A DNA stretch of 64,000 bases from Macrostomum lignano (Eukaryota). The stretch covers positions 62,001 through 126,000 of the forward strand of contig NIVC01002652.1 in the NCBI GenBank assembly GCA_002269645.1, in the 5' to 3' direction. Made by a program: the position numbers and the translations under genes. The notes under the pieces are model-generated. The model saw only the letters and a list, made by a program, of their open reading frames with translations, did not search any database and was not told where the DNA came from. This document shows, one piece after another, positions 25,291-37,988 of this stretch (the stretch's first letter is position 1; every line of letters begins with the position of its first letter).

Positions 25291-27772
25291 AATGTGAGGG
25301 TTTCACGAGAGATATTCAGACAGGGGCTCCCTAAAACACGCCCCGCACCGGGCCCCGAACCGCTACACATTATAACATTTTTTGTCAATGCAGTATTTGA
25401 TTGCAAGGAAAAGTTAAAATAGTAATGGAATAAATATCTTTATTTATTTTTTTAAATATTATTATTTTTTTATATTCTCGTTTTCAATATTAATTTATAA
25501 TATTATTATTTTATTAATATTATTATTAATATCACTTATTGTTCACCGAATTTTATATTTCAAAGTAAAAAACTAAATTTAATAAAAACTTGAAGCTTAA
25601 CAGAAAACACATTCTGAAGTGTCTTTAGTTATAGTCCAATTTGTTTTAATGTGTAGCGCTGCAGGGCAGTGCGGGGCGTGTTTTAGGGAGACCCATTCAG
25701 AAGACATTCAAAATGATTGTCTGTAACTTCAAACAAAATTGACCCGCTTCAACCATCTTTTTGGCAAATACTTACGCAAGTATTGGGCGTCAAATAAGCT
25801 TTAATTTATTAACTGAAGTAAAAATCCTTCTGACATACATTGATTTTAAAATTGCTTAGCAACACTTGCTCTGATTAGAAATTGCTTTACTGTTGACTAA
25901 AATTGTTTTGATCGTAGCAGCCTAAAAGCAGATACTGGATTTAAAAATGCTTCGATTTACTCTATACGCATGTCTCAGCTTTAAAATGACACCTCAGGCG
26001 TCGCAAAAGACAGCTTTGATGCTGAGATATTCGACACTAAACATGCATTGCTTTGCGCAAACTCACATTCAGAAATTTCACTGATTTTTTGTTGATATTT
26101 GTGCAGTTGCCGTGTCCTTGTTTTTCATCAGAATCTCATCAAATTCTAGTCATGTCTATACGCATGTCTTAGCTTTAAAATGACACCTCAGGCGTTGCGG
26201 GAGACAGCTTTGATGCTGAGATGTTCGACACTAAACATTGCTTTGCTCAAACTCACATTCGGAAACTTCACTGATTTTTATTCAATATTTGTTCAGATGC
26301 TTGTCTACTTCTCCATTTATTAACCATCGCATGGAGCCTTGCTAACGTACAAGTGTATGTAGTTACTGTAAATGGGGTTTTTGTGACTCACTTAAACTTG
26401 TTTACACATTCTGCAGCTATTCGCCGCCTTTCATTGGAGTGATTCATGGAGTCCAGTTGATAAATTTCCGCAAATTGGACTGCTTCTACGTCAGATCTCA
26501 ACATTTGGAACCGTCCTTGAACTATTTCAGAGTTAAGTGAGCTAATGGCATCAAATGAAAGGCTAGTGCTCGTACTCGTAAGCGAAGCAGGTTCACAATT
26601 GAAATGGATGTATTCATGGCCATGGGATCTAAACTGATCTGTTTTACTTTCACGATCGCTTCGGTCTCAGAAGGAGCAGCAGTTGATGGACTGAGGTGAG
26701 AAGAAGATGTGTCACGACTTGAGCTGTTTTTAGAAAATATCTTTATCCAATTAAATATTTTCATGCGGCTCCTTAGGTTGTTCCGAATTCCGAGTCTAGA
26801 AGTCAAGACAGAAAAAAAGTTAAGAACTGCTACGGTAGTCCATAGGGATTGGAAAGCTTAGCAGTACATTAGAAATCGCCTGTTCAATCTAAAAAGTTTG
26901 AAGTACATATAGCTATTGGGTTGCAACAACAGTAGAAAAAATTCTTCCTTTTTATTTTATTCCCACCGCTTACCTCATTCCGATTTGGATAGCAGAATTG
27001 CCACGCAAAAAAAGTAAAAACATAACAATAAACTATTTGCTTCATACTAATTGCCACTGACTGTTAATAAACGCGACGTCAATTTCTCTCAATAACAGTT
27101 GGAACATGTTTCTCGTACACTCGTATATTTATTTGAACTGCAAAGCGGTGAAAAAGTCATGATTGGTCGCCATATGTACAAATGTACACTCACAGACTCA
27201 CTGACTCAGGTACAATCTATGCAATATAAAGGCAGGAATCATTAAAAATCAAATACTTAAGACAGTTTAAGAGAAGTCCAGGTTTAAACTGGACATGACT
27301 AGAATTTGACAAGTTTCTGATGAAAAACAAGGACATGGCAGCTGCACAAATATCGATAAAAATCAGTGAAATTTCTGAATGTGAGTTTGCGCAAAGCAAT
27401 GCATGTTTAGTGTCGAATATCTCAGCATCAAAGCTGTCTTTTGCGACGCCTGAGGTGTCATTTTAAAGCTGAGACATGCGTATAGAGTAAATCGAAGCAT
27501 TTTTAAATCCAGTATCTGCTTTTAGGCTGCTACGATCAAAACAATTTTAGTCAACAGTAAAGCGATTTCTAATCAGAGTGTTGCTAAGCAATTTTAAAAT
27601 CAATGTATGTCAGAAGGATTTTTACTTCAGTTAATAAATTAAAGCTTATTCGACGACCAACACTTGCGTAAGTATTTGCCAAAAAGATGGTTGAAGCGGG
27701 TCAATTTTGTTTAAAGTTACAGACGATCGTTTCAAATGTCTGTCTGAATATCTCTCGTGAAACCCTCACATT
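25291..27772. repeat. ~480-bp inverted repeat pair (25291-25322 + 25695-26156 versus 27292-27772)
   Basis: The arms are reverse complements over their length with scattered mismatches. A partial tandem copy lies at ~26152-26295. Confidence 0.9.
25323..25694. mobile_element. Nested MITE, 372 bp, with a ~9-bp TSD (Mutator-like)
   Basis: TIRs ggggctccctaaaacacgccccgcac and gtgcggggcgtgttttagggagaccc, AT-rich core. Flanks are attcagaca and attcaga-a; the uninterrupted site is visible in the opposite inverted arm. Confidence 0.8.
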
Positions 27773-28297
27773 CTAAACAAGACTCAAGAGAAATTGCACT
27801 CTGAGCCTTAAAATCGCACCTTGAAATTTGGCACAAGGTGCGATTTCGCACCTTATCTCTGGCGAAAAAAAAACCCAGAAGGCAAAACAAAATCGTTTGT
27901 TGCGCTGCTACTATTAGTAGCAGCAAAAAAACTCGGAATTAACTTTCGAATAAAAATATAATTTGTCACAGTGGGGGTTATATCAGCTGATACGAATATT
28001 GAACAGTGAAAAATTCAATTGAACCGCCCAGTTGCAGGAAACAGGAAAATTATTAATAATTGATAACTGCGACACTTGAAGTAATTAATCAATGACGGAG
28101 TCGTATACTATAACATCGTACATCGTGTCGAATCACATGAACCGCAAATCGTACATACATTACATAACTAGGTATAAAACGTTGCGTGGTCCAAGTTTAT
28201 TACATGGTTCTAAATTTGCACGAGTATTAAGTTAGACTGGTAGAGTGGCAGACTAGCTTGTCCTGTCCATCTATCAATAGTCACTAATCTCGACAGA

Positions 28298-28657
<360 letters not shown>

Positions 28658-29884
28658 TCATATACATGCTGTGGGCCGTGGGGACGGGGAGGACTATCTT
28701 GCTTCATAGCTTCACTCGCTATCTCATTGGCTGATTGCAGGAGTTTACGCGCAAAAGTTTAGCTTCAACTCTTCAGCTATTGGCTGATGGGCCTAGGAGT
28801 TTTAGCTTCACTGTTCTTTATGCCCAAAATGGTTATTATAGTAAAAACCAAGGGCGGGAAGGAATTTCCACGTCTCCTTGACAGCCGCGAGCAACCCCCG
28901 TTTCTACCCTCCTCCGCTCAAACAGGGGAAGCGAGGGTTGAAAGAAGAGAGAAGAGAGGAAGGGAAGGCCTGCAGGCTGCGGCCTACATTGCCTTTGCTC
29001 TCGCACGCCCAAATGGCGTCAATCGGGGCGAATCTTCTTAATTTACAGCTCTGCTCGTCCACGTCTCTCTTAGCTTTCTGTGACTTTCAAGGCAAAGCAG
29101 ATCGATTTATCTCTCTTGTTTACATGCAGCTAGCTAACTTTCTTTACAGCCAAGTCTGAACTCTGAAATGCTTCAGTATTTCTTGAGAATGAATCTAATT
29201 CAATGGAGAATGTTGAAATTAGCCTTTAGGGCTACAGCCCGGGCCAATAAAGGAAGAGACGGGTTTTTTGCCTCGCCAAGTATCTTGTATCTATACTACT
29301 ATAGGAATTAGACGAATGAAATTGCGCCTATGTATATGTAATTAAATCATAGATTAGAGGATATAAGATGATAGAGATTATAGAGTATTCTCAGTTAGTC
29401 TTGAAAACATTAAATCAAGTCCTAGACTCCTAGTACTAAGTGGTGGTGTAATAAGTAAATGAGAAATATATTTTATATTCGCAGTTGTGTAGCTAAGGCA
29501 GGTAGGTCGTCATGGCTGTCATGACCCCCCTCCCAGACAGCAGACCATTCAAATTTTGAATCTATTTTAGTAAAAGTAATCTTTAGTTTAGTGTAATTAG
29601 AACTACAAAATTATAAAAATCAGCCTATTATGATTTAGCACGCCTGCTACAAACACGCTACTAACAGTACAAAATGAAGCGTTTCGCGTAACATATGACT
29701 ACTTTTTCCATATCAATCTGAGCTTAGGTTGAAGGTTGGGGGGGAGGCAAGGAGAGCCGCGAACTATCACGATTACTTTTCACGATTTCATAATTCACCA
29801 CGGCAAAAACATAAACAATGTAGCACCCCCTGGTACTTTTTTTCTGACACTGGCGCCCACTCCAAATGAAATGGCGCCTACAGT

Positions 29885-31075
29885 GCCGTCTTAGTCAAAT
29901 GGAATGCCGTCTTGTCAACTGAAATGCCGTCTAGTCAACTGAAATGCCGTCTTGTCAAATGAAATGCCGTCTTAGTCAAATGAAATGCCGTCTAGTCAAA
30001 TAAAAAAAAATGCCGTCTAGTCAAATGAAGTGCCGTCTAGTCAAATGAAGTGCCGTCTAGTCAAATGAAATGCCGGCTAGTCAACTGAAATGCCGTCTTG
30101 TCAACGAAATGCCGTCTAGTCAACTGAAATGCCGTCTTGTCAAATGAAGTGCCGTCTAGTCAACTGAAATGCCGTCTTGTCAACTGAAATGCCGTCTAGT
30201 CAACTGAAATGCCGTCTTGTCAAATGAAATGCCGTCTTAGTCAAATGAAATGCCGTCTAGTCAACTGAAATGCCGTCTTGTCAAATGAAATGCCGTCTTA
30301 GTCAAATGAAATGCCGTCTAGTCAACTGAAATGCCGTCTTGTCAAATGAAATGCCGTCTTAGTCAAGTGAAATGCCGTCTAGTCAAATAAAATGCCGTCT
30401 AGTCAAATGAAGTGCCGTCTAGTCAAATGAAGTGCCGTCTAGTCAAATGAAGTGCCGTCTAGTCAAATGAAATGCCGTCTAGTCAACTGAAATGCCGTCT
30501 TGTCAACTGAAATGCCGTCTAGTCAACTGAAATGCCGTCTTGTCAAATGAAGTGCCGTCTAGTCAACTGAAATGCCGTCTTGTCAAATGAAATGCCGTCT
30601 TGTCAAATGAAGTGCCGTCTAGTCAACTGAAATGCCGTCTTGTCAAATGAAGTGCCGTCTTGTCAAATGAAATGCCGTCTTGTCAAATGAAATGCCGTCT
30701 AGTCAACTGAAATGCCGTCTTGTCAAATGAAGTGCCGTCTAGTCAAATGAAATGCCGTCTAGTCAAATAAAGTGGCGTCTAGTCAAATGAAATGCCGTCT
30801 AGTCAAATAAAGTGGCGTCTAGTCAAATGAAGTGCCGTCTAGTCAAATGAAGTGCCGTCTAGTCAAATGAAATGCCGTCTAGTCAAATGAAATGCTGTCT
30901 AGTCAAATGAAGTGCCGTCTAGTCAAATGAAATGCCGTCTAGTCAAATGAAATGCTGTCTAGTCAAATGAAGTGCCGTCTAGTCAAATGAAATGCCGTCT
31001 TAGTCATATGTTGAATGCCGTCTAGTCAAATGAAATGCCGTCTTAGTCATATGTTGAATGCCGTCTTAGTCAAAT
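29885..31075. repeat. 20/21-bp minisatellite (gaaatgccgtctagtcaaat)n
   Basis: Direct tandem copies with no unique spacers. Confidence 0.97.
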
Positions 31076-31756
31076 GAATTTCGAAAGGCAAAATTTCGAA
31101 TTTCAATAAAATAATTGTAGCGTCCGTTAATCGGCTGATGGCATACATCAGGCATTAATGTACATGTAGAGCCTGTATTGGGTACAAAAGGCCTAGGATA
31201 CAGGATGACAGGCCGCGCCATCAGCAGAATCCTTGGCGACAGCGTAATCAGCAAGCAGTCGACGAACAAAACGCTGCAACACTGAACGCTTGGCCTTGCT
31301 CGTATAGGGTGCCGGAATCGTCAGCAGCAGCAGAAACTCCTGCACATGCGCATATTATGTACTAGCTGGCAGTCACAGTTGGTGTAGCCTACTAGCTGAC
31401 AGTCTCAGATGGTGTAGCCTACTAGCTGGAGTCTCAGATGGTGTAGCCTACTAGCTGGAGTCTCAGATGGTGTAGCCTACTAGCTAGCAGTCTCAGATGG
31501 TGTAGCCTACTAGCTGACAGTCTCAGATGGTGTAGCCTACTAGCTAACAGTCTCAGATGGTGTAGCCTACTAGCTGGAGTCTCAGATGGTGTAGCCTACT
31601 AGCTAGAAGTCTCAGATGGTGTAGCCTACTAGCTGGAGTCTCAGATGGTGTAGCCTACTAGCTGACAGTCTCAGATGGTGTAGCCTACTAGCTGACAGTC
31701 TCAGATGGTGTAGCCTACTAGCTGACAGTCTCAGATGGTGTAGCCTACTAGCTAGC

Positions 31757-34700
31757 TGTGGTAGCGTGGGTCTGCTCAGTTGCTCCGCTTAGTGTAATGT
31801 ACAGTGCAGGTGTACACCTGCACGCGCGCGTGTGATTGGCTGACGCTTTGTCAGACAACCTTTATTGTTGGCCAGCTATATTAAATACAAGCTCTCTGCC
31901 TTGGGGGGGGTCTTACCCCCGAAGTGGAGTTTTCACAGTGGCGACGAGACTGAAACGATCCTGCGCAAATGAGTAGTGCAAGTGCACTAGGGCTTGTCGG
32001 CCCATACGAAGAAGGCTCTGAGCCGTGGCATATGTACCAAGCAAGGTTAGAACAATATTTTGTTGCCAATGACGTCACTGAGGAAGCGAAAAAGCGAGCG
32101 ATTCTGCTGAGTTCATGCGGCAAGAAAGTCTTCCATCTGGCCTTCAGTCTTCTGTCTCCTGCACAGCCATCAGCCAAGAGCTACACCGAAATTTGCGAAG
32201 CACTGAAGAGCCATTTCGAGCCTGAGGAGTCCGAGATCGTCCATCGTTACCGGTTCTACACCAGAAATCGCAGGGAAGGTGAGGGCGTCGCTGACTTTGT
32301 CGCAGACCTCCGAGACCTGGCTCGCGACTGCAAGTTCGGCGACAGCCTGACTTCGATGCTTCGCGACAGGCTGGTGCTGGGAATCAACAACGACGGCGCT
32401 CAGCGGCGGCTGCTGGCGGAGCCCGATCTCACTCTAGCGAAGGCATTGAAGCTGGCCCTGGCCCACGAGTCCGCCGCCAAGGGCTGCCAGCTGGTGTCGG
32501 GAGCGAGTAAGCCAGATCCAGTCAGTCAGGAGTCCGTCAGCATTGTCAAGCAACAGCAGAAGTCATCTTCGACAAGGAGGTGCTTCAGGTGCCTGTCAAC
32601 GAAGCATCTCGCTAATAAGTGCCCGTTCGCCACCCAGAAGTGCTACAAGTGCTCAAAGACCGGCCACACTGCGGCTGCCTGCAAATCCCAGTCGAAGGAC
32701 GATAGAAGAGAGGCTCTGCAGATGCAGGACGGTGAGGAAAAAGACAGCTGCGAGGAGGAAACGGCCCACTCACTGTACCAGCTGTCCGGCAAGCGAGTGT
32801 CGAAGGTGCCGCCGATTACAACGACGGTGCGCATCAATGGCCGACCTGTTGTCATGGAAGTGGACACCGGAGCCTCCGTGTCCCTGGTATCCTCGAAGAC
32901 CTACAGGACCGTGCTCAACTCCCAGCCAGCACTGCAGCCTGCGTCCATGCAGCTGCGAACATACTCCGGTGAGAAAGTGCCAATTGAAGGCTGCATCTGC
33001 GTTGCTGTGGAAGCTGCTGAAGCACCGCCCAAGTCACTCAGCCTCCTTGTGGTCGCCGGCTGCGGATCCGACCTGCTCGGAAGAGACTGGCTGTCCGAGT
33101 TGCGGCTCGACTGGAGATCAATCAAGCAAATGGCGGCTGCTCCGGAGGTGTCGCCCAGACTGCAGCAGCTGCTCGACAAGTACAGCGATGTTTTTTCGCC
33201 TGAGCTAGGAAAGTACAACGGACCACCAGTGAGTTTGAATATGAAACCCGATGCTCAACCTCGCTTTATGAAGGCCAGGAATCTCCCCTTTGCTGTGAAG
33301 GACAAGGTGGAGAGCCAACTGAACCGCGAGATCGAACTAGGAATCCTGGTGCCCGTGCAGCACTCCGAGTACGCATCGCCGGTGGTGCCAGTGCTCAAGT
33401 CCGACGGCTCTGTGAGGGTCTGCGCCGACTTTAAGCAGACCGTCAACCCGAACGTGGAGCCCGACTCGTATCCTCTGCCGCGGATCGAAGAGCTGTTCGC
33501 GAAGCTGACTGGTGGGCGGCTCTTCACTAAGCTCGACTTGTCGCAGGCGTACATGCAGCTGCCACTCGATGAGGCCTCCCAGGAAGTCTGCACGATCAAT
33601 ACGCACAAAGGGCTGCTTCGGTACTCGCGGCTGCCCTTCGGTGTCTCGCCAGCGGTCGGGATTTTTCAGCGCCGGATGGACTGCTTGCTGCAAGGAATCA
33701 CCAGCACCGCCTGCTTCATCGATGACCTCATCATCACCGGGAAGGACGACAGCAGTCATCTGAACTCCCTGGAGCAGGTTCTGGAGAAGCTGAGCCAGAG
33801 CGGCCTCCGGTGCAAGCTGGAGAAGTGCCAGTTCATGCAGACGAGCGTCAGTTATCTCGGTCACCGCATCGATGCCGACGGCCTGCACCCGATCAAAGAC
33901 AAGGTCGAGGCGATTGTCAGCGCTCCAGCTCCCAAGGACGCAAGTCAGCTGCGCAGCTTCCTAGGCATGGTGAACTACTATGGCAAGTTCCTACCTAATT
34001 TGTCTCAAGTCCTGGCACCGCTGCACCTGCTGCTGCGCGAGCAACACCGCTGGAACTGGGGCGCTGCTCAGAACGCCGCTTTCGAGAAGTGCAAGGCCCT
34101 GCTGTCTTCGGCTCCGGTATTGGCGCACTTCGACCCGAGCGAAGACCTGCTGCTTGAGTGCGACGCGTCCCCCTACGGTCTGGGCGCGGTCATCAGCCAC
34201 AGGATCGATGGAGCTGTCCGGCCTGTGGCCTTTTCCTCGCGTACGTTGCACGACGCTGAGAAAAACTACTCGCAGCTCGAGAAGGAAGCCATCGCTGTAG
34301 TGTTTGCGGTCAAGAAGTTCAACGCGTACCTGTTCGGCCGCCCATTTCTGCTGGCGAGTGACCACAAACCTCTGCTTGGATTGCTTGCTGAGAACAAGGC
34401 CGTGCCGGCCCTGGCATCTGGAAGAATTCAGAGGTGGGCTCTGCTGCTGTCTGGCTATAACTACCGCATGGTTCACCGAGCCGGAGCCTCACTGCTGTGC
34501 GCCGATGCCCTGAGTCGCCTGCCGCTGCCCGACAAGCCGGCGACGGTCCCGAAGCTGGCAGAGCTGGTCATGCTGATGGACCACCTGGACGATGGACCTG
34601 TCACGGCAGCTCAGATACGCGGCCTGACTCGAAGGGACCCCACACTAGCCCGAGCTCTGCACTTCACGCAAATTGGCTGGCCAGAGCGGGTCAGTGACGA

Positions 34701-36330
34701 TCTGCTGCCATACTCCAAGAGAGCGGCTGAGCTCGGTGCGCAAGACGGCTGCCTCCTGTGGGGCGCTCGAGTGGTGGTCCCGGTCGGAGCGCGAGCTGCA
34801 CTGCTCCAGGTGCTGCATCAAGGTCATGCGGGGGCGTCACGCATGAAGACGCTAGCCCGAGGTTATTTCTGGTGGCCAGGATTAGACTCGGAGATTGAAA
34901 ACCTGGCCAAGGCCTGCTCTGACTGTCAGGAGTTGCAGAACGCCCCGGCGCCTTCGCCAATGTTGTCGTGGCCGTGGCCTGACCGACCGTGGTCTCGAGT
35001 GCATATTGACTATGCGGGTCCGGTGACTGGCAAGATGCTGCTGGTTGTCGTCGATGCTCATTCAAAGTGGCTGGATGTGCATGTGGTGACGTCAGCGACC
35101 TCAGCTGTCACCATCCAGAAACTCCGCTCCAGCTTCGCGACACACGGGTTGCCAGATGTGCTGGTGTCGGACAATGGGCCCAACTTGGTCAGCGAGGAGT
35201 TGTCCGACTTTCTGCGGAGGAACGACATTCAGCACGTGCGCGTTGCTCCCTACCATCCGGCGTCCAACGGCCTGGCGGAACGAGCTGTCCAGACGCTGAA
35301 GCGGTCCCTGGAGAAGCAGCGCGAAGGCTCCTTGGAGGATAAGGTCGCCCGGTTCCTGCTGAGCTACCGGGTCACTCCGCATGCGACAACTGGTGTGGCT
35401 CCCTGCGAACTCCTGATGGAACGGCGCCTGTGCACGTTGCTAGATCGAGCTCGGCCAGACCTGGGAGCAAGAGTACAGCGTAAGCAAAGTCAGCAAAAAG
35501 AGCACCACGACTGCAAAGCTCGGTTCTGGACCTTCGAGACTGACGACGCTGTACTCGCCAGAGACTTTGGAGCCAACAGAGGTCGGTGGAAGCCGGCGCG
35601 AGTTGTCGGTGCCGCCGGTCCGGCCTCCTACCTGTGCGGCTTCGATGGCGACGACCGAGTGGTGCGGCGGCACGTTGACCATGTCCGCGGTGGTCCTGAG
35701 CAGCCGCGGCCTACAGGAGCTGGCGTGACAGACGGTGCTACCGACGCCAAGGCCGCACCTGAGCCGGAAGCTGCGATGCCGGCCGTGGACGAGCCGCCAA
35801 ACCTGGCTGCTCCTGGAGACCCTGAGATCGACGGGTCTCTGCGCCGATCGTCGCGAGTTCGACGTCCCCCGGAGCGCCTGAGCTACGGGTGAGGTCATCT
35901 GTGAAAGAGACTGTTTTGATTTACTGTTGAGTTCGCACGTTTAATTTTGGATTTTGAACTTTGTTATGGTTATGGTTTATTTTCCTTTATTCTGTTGTGT
36001 CGTTTGCTTTCCTATCAGGCGTTTGCGTAGTTTTGGTACTGGTTAATTATTATTTATTATTAAGTTATTAAGTTTTGAGTTATTGTTCCTCACTAAAATG
36101 TGTTGCTCTAATGTATTCTCTTGCGATCCCTGATCCCCATGTAGATGGGGAGGGATGTGGTAGCGTGGGTCTGCTCAGTTGCTCCGCTTAGTGTAATGTA
36201 CAGTGCAGGTGTACACCTGCACGCGCGCGTGTGATTGGCTGACGCTTTGTCAGACAACCTTTATTGTTGGCCAGCTATATTAAATACAAGCTCTCTGCCT
36301 TGGGGGGGGGTCTTACCCCCGAAGTGGAGT
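31757..36330 (+). mobile_element. Full-length Ty3/Gypsy LTR retrotransposon (K02A2.6/Mag-like)
   Basis: 5' LTR 31757-31937 (TG...CA). PBS-like tggcgacgag at 31939. Polypurine tract gatggggaggga before the 3' LTR at 36156-36330. The LTRs are identical except for one G in a G-run, and the 3' LTR lacks its last 7 bp. Confidence 0.98.
31969..35892 (+). CDS. Gag-Pol polyprotein, 1307 aa, single ORF
   Basis: Two CCHC knuckles (CFRC...H...C, CYKC...H...C), protease VDTGA, RT (LPFG, FIDD), RNase H (CDAS, SDHKPL), integrase HHCC and DDE (HIDYAG, SDNGP, GLAERAV), in gypsy order. Confidence 0.98.
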   Translation: MSSASALGLVGPYEEGSEPWHMYQARLEQYFVANDVTEEAKKRAILLSSCGKKVFHLAFSLLSPAQPSAKSYTEICEALKSHFEPEESEIVHRYRFYTRNRREGEGVADFVADLRDLARDCKFGDSLTSMLRDRLVLGINNDGAQRRLLAEPDLTLAKALKLALAHESAAKGCQLVSGASKPDPVSQESVSIVKQQQKSSSTRRCFRCLSTKHLANKCPFATQKCYKCSKTGHTAAACKSQSKDDRREALQMQDGEEKDSCEEETAHSLYQLSGKRVSKVPPITTTVRINGRPVVMEVDTGASVSLVSSKTYRTVLNSQPALQPASMQLRTYSGEKVPIEGCICVAVEAAEAPPKSLSLLVVAGCGSDLLGRDWLSELRLDWRSIKQMAAAPEVSPRLQQLLDKYSDVFSPELGKYNGPPVSLNMKPDAQPRFMKARNLPFAVKDKVESQLNREIELGILVPVQHSEYASPVVPVLKSDGSVRVCADFKQTVNPNVEPDSYPLPRIEELFAKLTGGRLFTKLDLSQAYMQLPLDEASQEVCTINTHKGLLRYSRLPFGVSPAVGIFQRRMDCLLQGITSTACFIDDLIITGKDDSSHLNSLEQVLEKLSQSGLRCKLEKCQFMQTSVSYLGHRIDADGLHPIKDKVEAIVSAPAPKDASQLRSFLGMVNYYGKFLPNLSQVLAPLHLLLREQHRWNWGAAQNAAFEKCKALLSSAPVLAHFDPSEDLLLECDASPYGLGAVISHRIDGAVRPVAFSSRTLHDAEKNYSQLEKEAIAVVFAVKKFNAYLFGRPFLLASDHKPLLGLLAENKAVPALASGRIQRWALLLSGYNYRMVHRAGASLLCADALSRLPLPDKPATVPKLAELVMLMDHLDDGPVTAAQIRGLTRRDPTLARALHFTQIGWPERVSDDLLPYSKRAAELGAQDGCLLWGARVVVPVGARAALLQVLHQGHAGASRMKTLARGYFWWPGLDSEIENLAKACSDCQELQNAPAPSPMLSWPWPDRPWSRVHIDYAGPVTGKMLLVVVDAHSKWLDVHVVTSATSAVTIQKLRSSFATHGLPDVLVSDNGPNLVSEELSDFLRRNDIQHVRVAPYHPASNGLAERAVQTLKRSLEKQREGSLEDKVARFLLSYRVTPHATTGVAPCELLMERRLCTLLDRARPDLGARVQRKQSQQKEHHDCKARFWTFETDDAVLARDFGANRGRWKPARVVGAAGPASYLCGFDGDDRVVRRHVDHVRGGPEQPRPTGAGVTDGATDAKAAPEPEAAMPAVDEPPNLAAPGDPEIDGSLRRSSRVRRPPERLSYG

Positions 36331-37988
36331 CTCAGATGGTGTAGCCTACTAGCTGGCAGTCTCAGATTGTGTAGCCTACTAGCTGGCAGTCTCAGATGAT
36401 GTAGCCTACTAGCTGGCAGTCTCAGATGGTGTAGCCTACTAGCTGACAGTCTCAGATGGTGTAGCCTACTAGCTAGCAGTCTCAGATGGTGTAGCCTACT
36501 AGCTGGAGTCTCAGATGGTGTAGCCTACTAGCTGGAGTCTCAGATGGTGTAGCCTACTAGCTGGAGTCTCAGATGGTGTAGCCTACTAGCTGACAGTCTC
36601 AGATGGTGTAGCCTACTAGCTGACAGTCTCAGATGGTGTAGCCTACTAGCTGACAGTCTCAGATGGTGTAGCCTACTAGCTGGAGTTTCAGGTGGTGTAG
36701 CCTACTAGCTGACAGTCTCAGATGGTGTAGCCTACTAGCTGACAGTCTCAGATGGTGTAGCCTACTAGCTGACAGTCTCAGATGGTGTAGCCTACTAGCT
36801 GACAGTCTCAGATGGTGTAGCCTACTAGCTGACAGTCTCAGATGGTGTAGCCTACTAGCTGACAGTCTCAGATGGTGTAGCCTACTAGCTGACAGTCTCA
36901 GATGGTGTAGCCTACTAGCTGACAGTCTCAGATGGTGTAGCCTACTAGCTGACAGTCTCAGATGGTGTAGCCTACTAGCTAGCAGTCTCAGATGGTGTAG
37001 CCTACTAGCTGACAGTCTCAGATGGTGTAGCCTACTAGCTGGAGTTTCAGGTGGTGTAGCCTACTAGCTGGAGTTTCAGGTGGTGTAGCCTACTAGCTGG
37101 AGTCTCAGATGGTGTAGCCTACTAGCTGACAGTCTCAGATGGTGTAGCCTACTAGCTGACAGTCTCAGATGGTGTAGCCTACTAGCTGGAGTTTCAGGTG
37201 GTGTAGCCTACTAGCTGGAGTCTCAGATGGTGTAGCCTACTAGCTGACAGTCTCAGATGGTGTAGCCTACTAGCTGACAGTCTCAGATGGTGTAGCCTAC
37301 TAGCTGGCAGTCTCAGATGGCGTAGCCTACCATCAAATGAGCCATCGCATCACGCCAACTGTGCTGCAATTCGCTGTGTGGAAAAGGCTTAAAATTTTGT
37401 GCATTTATAAATAGGCGCCGATGTGGGGATTTCAGTTGATAACACCTGAGCGTACTCTATTGTACACAAGTAATTTTTGCTTGGAAATGCAGTGCTGGAC
37501 TAATCGCGTACAGAGAAGTGTTTAACCTTATGGCGAGCGCTTACTCCAGTTTTGGCAGACTTTTTTGGCCTTATTTGCTGGCCTGCGCTGTACTCGTCCA
37601 GTCGTCACCCTGACATTGGAATAGCTTTGCACATTAGAAAGTACTCACATTGAGAGGGCCATGTATAGAGACGAACAACAGACTTTCTACGGTCCGCTGT
37701 AGTACAGTGCTGCTATTAATTAATTTTGCAACGGAATTATTCTTTTGTGGAGTAGACGGTATAACAAAGTCCATAATTCTCGCAGGTTCAACAAAAACAT
37801 TCTACACCTAAAAGCGAAATTATTTGTCTTTTTGTGCCTTTAAGTTTTTCTGACGATTATAGCGAGTGTTTTTCAGTATAGGAGTACTGCAAAATTTTTC
37901 AAAAGTCAATAATATCCTCGTCTTTCGTATCGATCTACATACATTCCATTCACTTTTTAGCCTTAATCACTTTTGGTCAAAGATCACT

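Larger units (their letters stand above)
25013..27878. mobile_element. Non-autonomous hAT-type DNA transposon, ~2.87 kb
   Basis: Termini cagggttttttttt...gcagag and ctctggcgaaaaaaaaacccag. Exact 8-bp TSD AAGGCAAA at 25005-25012 and 27879-27886. Subterminal gcacc/ggtgcg motifs. No transposase ORF. Confidence 0.85.
31365..37330. repeat. 29/30-bp minisatellite (gatggtgtagcctactagctgacagtctca)n, split by the LTR element into 31365-31756 and 36331-37330
   Basis: The same unit and the same variants occur on both sides of the retrotransposon. Confidence 0.97.

Noticed and set aside
26522-26806. Transposase ORF inside the hAT-type element
   Set aside because: Short, with no BED finger, DDE or hAT dimerisation motif.
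32543-35898. Many 60-220-aa ORFs overlapping gag-pol, FATP, SDR and the EFHD-like gene
   Set aside because: Alternative-frame and antisense shadows expected from GC-rich, codon-biased coding sequence.
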